From: Maricaulis salignorans
GTDB lineage: Bacteria; Pseudomonadota; Alphaproteobacteria; Caulobacterales; Aquidulcibacteraceae
Direction of reading: 5' to 3'
Assembly (NCBI GenBank): GCA_943372135.1
Contig: CALRXH020000005.1
Span: forward strand, 51,978 to 115,977
DNA length: 64,000 nucleotides
The notes beneath the pieces are model-generated. The model was not told where the DNA came from. It saw only the letters and a list, made by a program, of their open reading frames with translations, and did no database searches. Both the position numbers and the translations under genes were made by a program. Below, one piece after another: positions 53,759 to 62,196 of this stretch (positions within the stretch are counted from its first letter, which is position 1; every line of letters begins with the position of its first letter).

Positions 53759-54546
53759 GCAACAGCCTCCAAGAGCTCTTCTGCCTCGTTTCGTGCACCT
53801 GATCCCTCGATGACGTGGCGGCCGTAAATCGCGTCGACCACAGAGGCGTTGAGGTCATCAGGCGTGCCATCAAACACAATCTGCCCATCTGCCATGCCGA
53901 TAATCCGTGGACAGAACCGGCGTGCAATATCCAGCGCATGCAGATTAACCAGAACCGTGATATTGCGCTCACGATTAATGGTGGATAGCGTCTCCATCAC
54001 CGTCTGGGCATTGGCTGGGTCGAGGGAGGCAATAGGCTCGTCCGCCAAAATGATTTCAGGCAATTGCATCAAGGTCCGCGCGATCGCGACACGCTGTTGC
54101 TGCCCGCCGGACAAGGTATTGCACCGCTGCAAAGCCGTATGAGACATGCCCAAGGCGTGCAATTCCAGAATGGCGCGTGCGCGTTCTTCTGCTGGGAAGA
54201 GCTTGAGCATCGGGGCCACACCACGTTGGCGGGCGAGGCTGCCAATCAAAACATTGGTCAGGACATCGAGACGCGGCGACAAATTGAACTGCTGAAACAC
54301 CATGCCACAGGTCGCACGCCACTGACTAAGCGCTTTACCGCGCAACTCCGTCACCGGCTTGCCATGCCATGTGATTGCGCCTTCATTCGTGTCGCACAGG
54401 CGATTAATCAATCGCAGGAGCGTAGACTTACCAGCCCCGGAACGGCCAATAATGCCAACCATCGAGCCAGCAGGGATTTGTAAGGATACATCCTGCACCG
54501 CATGGGTTGAACCAAAGTGCTTTGTCACCGACTTAAGTTCCAGCAC
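53755..54546 (-). CDS. phnC: Phosphonate ABC transporter ATP-binding protein
   Basis: GRSGAGKSTLLR.INRL, FQQFNLSPRLDVLTNVL.G, LSGGQQQRVAIAR, ADEPIASLDP; AGGAGG RBS, GTG start. Confidence 0.95.
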   Translation of the reverse strand: MLELKSVTKHFGSTHAVQDVSLQIPAGSMVGIIGRSGAGKSTLLRLINRLCDTNEGAITWHGKPVTELRGKALSQWRATCGMVFQQFNLSPRLDVLTNVLIGSLARQRGVAPMLKLFPAEERARAILELHALGMSHTALQRCNTLSGGQQQRVAIARTLMQLPEIILADEPIASLDPANAQTVMETLSTINRERNITVLVNLHALDIARRFCPRIIGMADGQIVFDGTPDDLNASVVDAIYGRHVIEGSGARNEAEELLEAVA

Positions 54547-54585
54547 GTATGCCTCCTATTGATCAGTTGAGGCTAAAGCTGGCTC

Positions 54586-54603
54586 GTGAAACCTATGTGA
54601 CGG
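54586..54603 (-). promoter_or_regulatory. Candidate Pho box upstream of phnC
   Basis: Minus strand CCGTCAC-ATAG-GTTTCAC, 11-bp direct repeat. Confidence 0.6.
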
Positions 54604-54658
54604 TCGGGCCTGACTCTTACGATTAGGGTGCTGATTTGTCGGGAGCACCGGTGATTCC

Positions 54659-55522
54659 TCAGCCGTGCACTAATTTTGATCGGATATTCTCCGAGACGTA
54701 GTCGAGAGCCATAACGCAGAGCACATAGGCAATGACGATCCAAGCGACTTGGTCAAAGGCAAAGATGCGGATGCGCTCTTCCAGTTCAAACCCGATGCCC
54801 CCTGCCCCGACGATACCCAAGATGGCAGCGTTGCGGAAATTGGACTCCAGCATATAGAGCGACTGGCTGGCCATCACCGGCAAAACCTCTGGCAACAGGC
54901 CAAAGCGAATAGCCGCACGGCGCTGGCCACCTGTCGCACGAATGCCTTCTTGCGGGCGCGGGTCACTATTCTCGATTGCCTCGGCATATAGTTTAGCGAT
55001 GCGCGGGATATCGGTAAGCGCTAGCGCGATGACACCACCAAAAGGTCCAAGCCCAAAGGCGACGATCAGAATAAGCGCCCACACAAGGGCGGGAATGGCA
55101 CGAAAGACGTCAAAGCTGCGCCGGATGAGAAAGTGCAGCGCCTCGTTCGAAACAAAGGTTTTAGCGCCGAGCAACCCCAAGGGTATGGCACCCATAACAC
55201 CCAAGAAGGTCCCAGCGACCGCCATTGCAAAGGTCGCGGCCAAGGCTTGCAGGATCCGAACTTCCTCGCCAGCGGCGTTAGGCGGAAACATGCCACCCAT
55301 GAAATCAGCCAGTTTCGAGAGGCCTTTGGCAAAGGCGGCAGGCGTCATATCTACCCCGATACACAGGGCGACGAACACAGCGCTCAATCCAATCCACAGG
55401 GCAAGGCGACGCGCGTGGACAGCGAATGGCGTGTCCACCAGATGCGGTGCGATTGCGCGCGCAACCTGCATCTGATGGGCGGTGACTTGGGGAGGCGTGG
55501 CAAGGGCTGCGCTGGTTGTCAT
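54659..55522 (-). CDS. phnE: Phosphonate ABC transporter permease
   Basis: RAIPALVWALI....FGLGPFGGV.A, AKLYAEAIE, YMLESNFR.A.ILGIVGAGGIG. Confidence 0.93.
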   Translation of the reverse strand: MTTSAALATPPQVTAHQMQVARAIAPHLVDTPFAVHARRLALWIGLSAVFVALCIGVDMTPAAFAKGLSKLADFMGGMFPPNAAGEEVRILQALAATFAMAVAGTFLGVMGAIPLGLLGAKTFVSNEALHFLIRRSFDVFRAIPALVWALILIVAFGLGPFGGVIALALTDIPRIAKLYAEAIENSDPRPQEGIRATGGQRRAAIRFGLLPEVLPVMASQSLYMLESNFRNAAILGIVGAGGIGFELEERIRIFAFDQVAWIVIAYVLCVMALDYVSENIRSKLVHG

Positions 55523-56433
55523 GCCGTCGCCTCCAAGCCGATCAAACGGTGGCGGATTGCCTCAGACACAAGATCAATCAGGATGATCAGACCGATGATC
55601 AAGATCAAAAGGGCAAAATAGGTATCAAACTCGGTGTAGGTAATCGCGCGCGACAATTCGATCCCGATGCCGCCAGCCCCGACCACGCCTAAGGCAGCAG
55701 CACCGCCGACATTGATTTCCAAGCGCAGCAGCCCGTAGGACGCATAATGGGGCAAGACTTGCGGCAGGACGCCAAAGCGCACCTGCGCCCACCAAGAGCC
55801 ACCAACTGCCTTTACCGCCTCAACCGGTCGCATATCTGCGGCTTCATTGGCTTCCGAATAGAGTTTCCCGAGACTTGCCATGGTCCCCAAGGCAATAGCA
55901 ATCACACCGGGCAATGGGCCTACGCCGAAGGCTGCAACCAATATCAGCGCCACAATCAAATCCGGCAGGGTACGGATGACTTCTAGCGTGCGGCGGGTCA
56001 GCCAATAAATATAGGGCGATGGCGAGAGGTTCTTCGAAGCCAAGAGTGAGGCCCAAAAACCACCGAAAACACCAAACAGGGTCGCAACAATGGCGATCTG
56101 AACCGTCTCCCACAATAGGGCCAGCCACGTTGGCATATCATAGAACCAAGAGGACAGTGAGCCAGCAGTCCCACGATCCTCAAACAGCGCCTCGGGCTTA
56201 AGGTCTGGGATCATGATATTGAGGAGATTGGCAATCCGCCCCCAAGGGTCGCTGCCTTGGCTGCCAGAGAAGAACCCGCTGACATGGAAGCACACGACAA
56301 TCAGCGCACTGAAGCCAATCAAAACGACGACTTGCTGGGTGCGCTGGCGCAGCAGGGTCACCCGCCGCTGCGCTTCAAATTCCCGAATGACTTGCGCCTT
56401 AATCGCTTCTTGCTGCGGCACGTTAGCGAGCAC
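55519..56433 (-). CDS. phnE: Phosphonate ABC transporter permease
   Basis: ETVQIAIVAT, RTLPDLI.ALI, GKLYSEANE, LEINV..AAALGVVGAGGIG. Confidence 0.93.
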   Translation of the reverse strand: MLANVPQQEAIKAQVIREFEAQRRVTLLRQRTQQVVVLIGFSALIVVCFHVSGFFSGSQGSDPWGRIANLLNIMIPDLKPEALFEDRGTAGSLSSWFYDMPTWLALLWETVQIAIVATLFGVFGGFWASLLASKNLSPSPYIYWLTRRTLEVIRTLPDLIVALILVAAFGVGPLPGVIAIALGTMASLGKLYSEANEAADMRPVEAVKAVGGSWWAQVRFGVLPQVLPHYASYGLLRLEINVGGAAALGVVGAGGIGIELSRAITYTEFDTYFALLILIIGLIILIDLVSEAIRHRLIGLEATA

Positions 56434-57271
56434 CCCTTTGCATGGCAGCGGCCTCTGTCGGATCTAAGGCTATCCCACCGCCAAGTTTTGCGGCCAAAAA
56501 GGTCATCGCTTCCGGGCGCTCTTGATGTAGCGCGATATGGATGCCTACCAATTGATAGCGATCCGCTTCCGGCAGGTCATTTCTGACGACAAGGCCCGCT
56601 AACGCCGTCGGTCGTCCGCGCCACGCCTCAACCACATCGCCACACAAAACGACTTTGGGATCATCGCCACGGCAGAGCCTTTGGCGTGCGCCTGCCGTGA
56701 GAATCAATGCATCGCCCTGTCCGGCACGCAATGCCGCAAGACCTGCTTGCTCGTCCGCGACAAACAGTTCTGGCTTAAAGCTCTTGGTATCCGCGCCAAA
56801 ATCGGCCAAGCCTTGCAAGGGCACCTGATGGCTGGCCGCTAGTTTAGAAATGAAGATCGGTCGACTGCCAGCAAGCTTAACTGGCGTATCTCGGCCAGAA
56901 GTTTTGAGCGTCAAGGCCACCGCCAGAACACGACCGGTTATGGCGTCAGCCCGAGGTGCCAGAATTGGGCGAGCTACTTTGTTGACCGGTTCAAAAGAGG
57001 GTTGATCCAAAACAGCCAAGTCCAACTGACTTTCTTGCAAGGCAGTAGCCACTGCTTTGCCGTCTTCATAGCCACAGAGCACCACAGGCTTACCCAGTCG
57101 CCCTTCAAGATGCTTGCGGTAAGCCGCTGCTGCCGCGTCACTTGGCGTGGCGGTGCAACCTGATTCAGTAAGGCCCGCGATGCCCACTCGAAAGCCTGCC
57201 GGGGGTGTTTGTGCTGTGGCGGGCTGCATCAAGGCCAGCAGAATAAGGATGAAACCAAGCACGCGGATCAT
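56423..57271 (-). CDS. Divergent PhnD-like periplasmic binding protein
   Basis: Signal peptide; PhnD-like layout (HLEGRLGKPV, LDLAVL, LAVALTLKTSG, LAALRAGQGDA, LVVRNDLP) without STSG or GGH; between phnD and phnE. Confidence 0.65.
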   Translation of the reverse strand: MIRVLGFILILLALMQPATAQTPPAGFRVGIAGLTESGCTATPSDAAAAAYRKHLEGRLGKPVVLCGYEDGKAVATALQESQLDLAVLDQPSFEPVNKVARPILAPRADAITGRVLAVALTLKTSGRDTPVKLAGSRPIFISKLAASHQVPLQGLADFGADTKSFKPELFVADEQAGLAALRAGQGDALILTAGARQRLCRGDDPKVVLCGDVVEAWRGRPTALAGLVVRNDLPEADRYQLVGIHIALHQERPEAMTFLAAKLGGGIALDPTEAAAMQRGAR

Positions 57272-58269
57272 GGCTTAGCACTCCCATTGCTTGGCTTCTG
57301 GGCCGGGGCAGCACGGCGTTCGGCGATTTCCGTGCGACGCATTTCGACCACGGCCTGATAGTCAGCAGGTGTCATGGGTTGCATATCAGATCCCTCTAGA
57401 AGCCCGATATCGACCCATAGTTGCGGATCCTCGTAAGCCAGCGCGGCCATCGCCCCACGGGTGATGTCTTGAAAGGCTTGCGGACGGTCTGTGCGGATCA
57501 CATAGGGCGAGTTGGGCATTGGCCCTGCTGTCCAGACGATCCGATAATCAGAGACCTTCACCGCGCCTTTTCGCGCCAAAGTGTAGAGAGAGCCCGAAGT
57601 AAATCCGGTTTCTGGCGTGCCGCCACTGGCGATCAAAAAGATTGCGTCAAATTGACCGTTCGCCAAAGCCAAAACCGACTGCGTATGGCCACCGCTCATG
57701 GCGGTTTTGCCAAAGAACGTGTCAGGATTTTTCCCTTGCTGGCGCATCGCCCAGCGCGGGAACAAATAGCCAGAGGTCGAATTGAAATCGACATAGCCCA
57801 AGGACTTGCCGCGCAAGTCCTCAATCGTGCGATAAGGACTGTCTGCCTTGACAATTAGCGCTGAGTAATATCCCGAAGAGCCCTCTGCCGTGCGCAAAGC
57901 CAGAAACGGTGTTACCTTCTCACCCATCTGCTCACGCGCATTGGCATAGGCAGCGCCACCCATTTGCGCGAGCTCTAGCTGGCCAGACGCCATGGCTTGA
58001 ATAACGCCATTGTAGTCTGCAGCTTGGAAGACTTCGACCTTTAGCCCAGTGATGCGGTTGAGGTATTTTTGGTAAGTCGTCCATCGCGCCAAAGTGGTGG
58101 AACTATCTTCGCCCGACGTTGCACCGATGCGCAATTGGCCGACTTCTTTCTGCCAGCCTGTGAGCTCGGTATCTGGCTTATCAGAGCCACAAGCAGAGAG
58201 CCCTGAAAGGAAAAGCACGACGCAAAGCGACTTGAGCCAGGTTGATATCTGCACCTGCTTTACCCCCAC
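57268..58269 (-). CDS. phnD: Phosphonate ABC transporter substrate-binding lipoprotein
   Basis: Lipobox LSAC, AADYNGVIQAM, YYSALIVKADSP, DFNSTSGYLFP, GGHTQSVLALANGQFDA. Confidence 0.93.
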   Translation of the reverse strand: MGVKQVQISTWLKSLCVVLFLSGLSACGSDKPDTELTGWQKEVGQLRIGATSGEDSSTTLARWTTYQKYLNRITGLKVEVFQAADYNGVIQAMASGQLELAQMGGAAYANAREQMGEKVTPFLALRTAEGSSGYYSALIVKADSPYRTIEDLRGKSLGYVDFNSTSGYLFPRWAMRQQGKNPDTFFGKTAMSGGHTQSVLALANGQFDAIFLIASGGTPETGFTSGSLYTLARKGAVKVSDYRIVWTAGPMPNSPYVIRTDRPQAFQDITRGAMAALAYEDPQLWVDIGLLEGSDMQPMTPADYQAVVEMRRTEIAERRAAPAQKPSNGSAKP

Positions 58270-58298
58270 TATCTTTAAAGCCTTACTGCCTGAAAATC

Positions 58299-58316
58299 AT
58301 GTCAGTCGCGCGACGG
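58299..58316 (-). promoter_or_regulatory. Candidate Pho box upstream of phnD
   Basis: Minus strand CCGTCGC-GCGA-CTGACAT, 11-bp spacing. Confidence 0.45.
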
Positions 58317-58387
58317 AAAGAAACGATCCCCGCCCAACCTACAGCCGATTTGTGGGACATTGGCGGCCCCTGTTTCGTGCGATCATC

Positions 58388-58425
58388 AAAAAGAAAGGGC
58401 CTGCCGGTTCAAACCAGCAGGCCCC
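58388..58425 (-). terminator. Intrinsic terminator after TonB receptor 1
   Basis: Minus strand GGGCCTGCTGG-TTTGAA-CCGGCAGGCCC followed by TTTCTTTTT. Confidence 0.85.
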
Positions 58426-58470
58426 CAACTTTTAGATCAGATCGTCAAGCGCCCCAGAAGGGCGGCTAGA

Positions 58471-61281
58471 TTAGAAGTTGATCCGTACACCCATGATATA
58501 ACGTGGGCCGAATGTTTCGCCTTCGATCGGGAAGGCGCGGGTGTCGCCGTAGCGAATGGCCTGCTCATTGGTCAGATTGACCGCGTCGAAGAAGTATTCG
58601 ACGTTCTTGCTGACTTCATAGCGGATCGACAAGTCCATCTCGCCATCGTCATCCCAGAACACATCGCCATTGGTCACTGGCACAAGTTTGCTGTTGATGA
58701 CGTTGTAGGTGCCGACACCTTGCAACCAAGTCGTACGGAACTGGTAGGTCAAGCGAGCCGAGAGGCCATATTTCTCGTAGATCAAGGACAGATTGTAGAG
58801 ATAATCTGAGGTGCCCGGCAGGCTAACTTTGCGCGCTGGGACGACAGCGGCATTCGTGCCCGCTGGGATTTCGACTTCAGATTCCGTGAAGGTTGCATTG
58901 GCGCCAAAGCCAAAACCACCCAAGAAATCAGGCAAGCCTGCTTCTTCAACCCACTTTTCAGCATTTTGCGACACAGCGATTTCGAAGCCGCTGAGATAGC
59001 CGTTGCCGCCGTTGCGAATGGTGGTCAATGCGTAGTTCGACCGCAAATTCGTCCCAACGTCGAGATCCGTACGGCCGAATACATCGGTTTGCGTGAACAA
59101 CACATCTTTGATGTCCTTGTAGAAGGCACCAACCATGAAATAGCCGCCGCTCTTTTGATACCATTCGAAGTAAGCATCAAAGCCAGTTGAGCGCTCTGGG
59201 CCTGCATCTGGGTTACCGCCAGAGATCGTTTGGGTCACATCGTTAACAACAAAGTTTGGACGAATATCGTCAAACTCTGGCCGTGATGCACCGGTTGTAA
59301 GGCCGAAACGAAGCTTCATTTCATCGTTCAGGTCAAAGTTAACGTGAGCGCTTGGGTAGAAGAGCGTGTCTTCGGCTTCCGTTTTGACCAAGCTGAACGC
59401 GTCGGTCGTGACAGATGGCGTCAAGTCAACAAGGGCTTGACCTTCATTCTTGGTGCGCTCAGCGCGCAAGCCAACAATGACATTGCCCCAGTCTTGCTTC
59501 CAAGTGGCCATAGCATAGCCGGCCACAATGTTCTCGCTGACTTCATAAAGGTTCAAGCTTTGATCGACAAACGAACCGATATTCTTCGCCTTCAAATCTG
59601 CCGCCAAGGAGTCGACCCGTGTCTTGCCCTGATAACGGAACTGATAACCCAGTTGCAATTGGCCCAAATAAGGACGGTCAATTGCAATGTCGTTGAAGGT
59701 GATCGGTGCACGGCCTGCGGCCGCCACTTGTGCGGCTGTGGTCGTGAAGACTGTGGAGAATGATTCCTTGGTACGGTCGGTGAAAGCACCGCCGACTTTC
59801 AAGGTTGTTTCTCCACCAAACACTGTGAAGTCACGGCTCGCATCAAAGCGACCCGTCACAGCTGTGGTTTCGTCTTGAGCTTCGCGCGAGCTGATGTTGA
59901 GGAAGGTGACTGGGAAAGCCTCAATTGAGTTAACGCGCTCACCACGCGAACGAACGGCTGTTGCACCAGTACCAGTCACCACAGTCCGATACAGTTGAAC
60001 GATGTTGAAGTCATCGTCACCGAAGAAATACTCAACGGTTGGGCGATCCGTGATCGTCGAGGGGCTGGCGAAGTTTGGCGTTCCTGGCGCATTCAAGCCG
60101 TCGACTGATTCAGTGAAGTTCAAGCGGGCAGACGCGTCCCAACCTGCAAATTCGAAGTCTGCACCAAGTGTGTTGGTGAAGATCGATTGCTCATAATCGA
60201 GGGAGTTGAAGTTCGACTGGATTTGCGCACCATAAACAACGCCACGGTCGGGTGTGTTGCCGTTACAAATGTCAAACGCGCCAGAGGTTGTTTGTGGGGC
60301 GCGCACGGCTGGGCAGGCGGATGTGCCGGTTGCGGTAGCACCATTGTCCAAGCGGAAAATGAAGTTGCTGCGCAATTCAACGTCGGTGAAGTTGGTGAAG
60401 ATCGAGCTGAAGAACACTTTGGTGGTGTCGTTTACGCGATAATCTACGCGGCCCGAATAGGACTTGTTGCCACGGGTCAAGCGATAAGGCTTGTTCTCAT
60501 ACTCACGTGCCCAACGACGGTCTTCATAGCCTGCACGACGGTCAACGCTGCCACCGCCGGTTTGATAGGGGTCGGTTTCCCAATTGTCGGTGACTTGGTC
60601 ACGGCTATAGAACGAGCCTTGCAGCAAAACGCCGAGCTTGCCATCCATAAAGCGGTTCGCAACAACGAAAGAGGTGTCGATTTCAGCACCACCGCCCAAA
60701 GTCATGATGCCGGCGGATGCTTTGATATTGGCTTTGAAGCCAGGATAGTCGAATGCAGAACGTGTGCGGACGTTGACGTTACCAGCGACTGTGTCTCCGC
60801 TCATGTCGGCAGTGATCGCCTTGGTTACGATAACTTGGGCCGCCAAAACCGATGGAATATTGTCAAAGCGCGAAGAGCGACCTTCGGGTGATACAACGTT
60901 GACGCCGTCAAACGACAGCGTTGCCCAGTTGTTTGGCAGGCCGCGCAAGTTGACATAACGCGCTTGACCTTGGTCGCGCTCAATCGCGACGCCAGGCAGG
61001 CGGCCAATTGCGAAAGCAATGTTTTGGTCTGGCAGCTGGCCAATCGAGTCAGCCGAAACCACGGCGACCAAGGATGGCGAGTTGCGCTGAATTTGAAGCG
61101 CTGCGCGTTCAGAGTCCGCAATCGGACGAACACCACGAACAACGATGGTTTCAGCCGCCGTTTCTTCTGCTGGTGCAGGCGCGGTGGTTGCCGCATTTTG
61201 AGCAGTCGCTGCGGTTGCCGCAAGCAGTGCAAACGAGCCAACTGCGCCCATGAGGGCAGCGCGTGTAAACTTAGTGGTCAT
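58471..61281 (-). CDS. TonB-dependent receptor (copy 1)
   Basis: Signal peptide, TonB-box-like ETIVVRG, plug LPDQNIA.AI.RLPGVAIERDQGQARYVNLRG, C-terminal RYIMGVRINF. Confidence 0.95.
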   Translation of the reverse strand: MTTKFTRAALMGAVGSFALLAATAATAQNAATTAPAPAEETAAETIVVRGVRPIADSERAALQIQRNSPSLVAVVSADSIGQLPDQNIAFAIGRLPGVAIERDQGQARYVNLRGLPNNWATLSFDGVNVVSPEGRSSRFDNIPSVLAAQVIVTKAITADMSGDTVAGNVNVRTRSAFDYPGFKANIKASAGIMTLGGGAEIDTSFVVANRFMDGKLGVLLQGSFYSRDQVTDNWETDPYQTGGGSVDRRAGYEDRRWAREYENKPYRLTRGNKSYSGRVDYRVNDTTKVFFSSIFTNFTDVELRSNFIFRLDNGATATGTSACPAVRAPQTTSGAFDICNGNTPDRGVVYGAQIQSNFNSLDYEQSIFTNTLGADFEFAGWDASARLNFTESVDGLNAPGTPNFASPSTITDRPTVEYFFGDDDFNIVQLYRTVVTGTGATAVRSRGERVNSIEAFPVTFLNISSREAQDETTAVTGRFDASRDFTVFGGETTLKVGGAFTDRTKESFSTVFTTTAAQVAAAGRAPITFNDIAIDRPYLGQLQLGYQFRYQGKTRVDSLAADLKAKNIGSFVDQSLNLYEVSENIVAGYAMATWKQDWGNVIVGLRAERTKNEGQALVDLTPSVTTDAFSLVKTEAEDTLFYPSAHVNFDLNDEMKLRFGLTTGASRPEFDDIRPNFVVNDVTQTISGGNPDAGPERSTGFDAYFEWYQKSGGYFMVGAFYKDIKDVLFTQTDVFGRTDLDVGTNLRSNYALTTIRNGGNGYLSGFEIAVSQNAEKWVEEAGLPDFLGGFGFGANATFTESEVEIPAGTNAAVVPARKVSLPGTSDYLYNLSLIYEKYGLSARLTYQFRTTWLQGVGTYNVINSKLVPVTNGDVFWDDDGEMDLSIRYEVSKNVEYFFDAVNLTNEQAIRYGDTRAFPIEGETFGPRYIMGVRINF

Positions 61282-61340
61282 TGGAATCCCCTTTCGCAGG
61301 TGCAACACACCTGTTCCGTGGGCGGCGATACTGTTTGGAG

Positions 61341-61380
61341 GTAACAGATCGAAGTCTATTAGGATTCAGTTTTGTGAAAT
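61341..61380 (-). promoter_or_regulatory. Candidate extended Pho box upstream of TonB receptor 1
   Basis: Minus strand ATTTCAC-N4-CTGAATC-N4-TAGACTT-N4-CTGTTAC: four units in 11-bp phase, three resembling half-sites. Confidence 0.45.
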
Positions 61381-61556
61381 AATGCTCACACTTCTGCGAA
61401 TTCCGAGGCCGCTTTCCGGCGCTCTGCTTTTGGCGCGACGATTTCAATTACTTCCAGATTTGTTTAGCGCATCGGGTGGCTTGCTTGATTTGTCTGAGAC
61501 AAAAGCCGCATAAGCTAATTGCCCAAATGCCAGCTCAAAAAGAGTCGGCACCTTCC

Positions 61557-61999
61557 ATGACCGAGTTCAACACCGCCCAACCCGCTCTCCGCGTCCTTGT
61601 GATCGGCATCGGTGGCTCCGGCAAGTCGACCTTTCCGGAAAAGCTGGCAGGCGAGGCCGGGATGGCACAAGCGGAACTTGGCCCAATTAACTGGCGGCCT
61701 GGCTGGAATGATCGCTCTAGAGAAGAGATCAAGTCCTTTTTTGCCGATGTGGATCAAGTCACGTCTCAAAGAGGCTGGGTGTTGGCCGGGAATTCCGAAA
61801 CCAACCTTTCATATTACCCCGCGTCACCCATTTGGTGTGGATGGATCTGCCTTTGTGGCTGGTGATAGCGCAAGTCATCCCCCACTCGATCCGCCGTGCT
61901 GAGGCAAAAGATAGAGACGTGTTTGAGGACTGTCGTGCGGAATGGCCGCATCTTACTCGCGCCTACCACCCCATTCGCTGGGCCTTGTCTACTCATTAA
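61557..61999 (+). pseudogene. Frameshifted FlaR/adenylate-kinase-like P-loop gene
   Basis: RVLVIGIGGSGKST, INWRPGW, WVLAGN in frame 1; homology continues in another frame from ~61814 (LPRVTHLVWMDLPLW...HPIRWALSTH*). Confidence 0.75.
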
Positions 62000-62000
62000 T

Positions 62001-62131
62001 TGACCGGCCGTGAAGCCTATATGCGCTTTGCCGCCGACGGCTTCGACACACGCCACAACGGCCATACCATAGCGCATATAGGCTTCACGGCTAGTCAGTT
62101 GAACATTTGCACCAAAGTGATGCGTGGCTGA
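62001..62131. pseudogene. Scrambled relic of a DUF1330 gene
   Basis: 62023-62100 is the reverse complement of 39666-39743 (70/78 identical by manual alignment); 62094-62131 matches 39903-39940 (32/38). Confidence 0.85.
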
Positions 62132-62196
62132 GCCAAGCTTCGTTCAAAGCACTGCCTGGCCCGCTCTATGTCGGTCACATAGAGCGGGCCTGCACT

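Noticed and set aside
60187-60891. Long antisense or alternate-frame ORFs (e.g. 60187-60891, 2649-3323, 41043-41804, 8913-9359)
   Set aside because: Each lies opposite or within a well-supported gene, has no family motifs, and is explained by stop-poor GC-rich codon usage.
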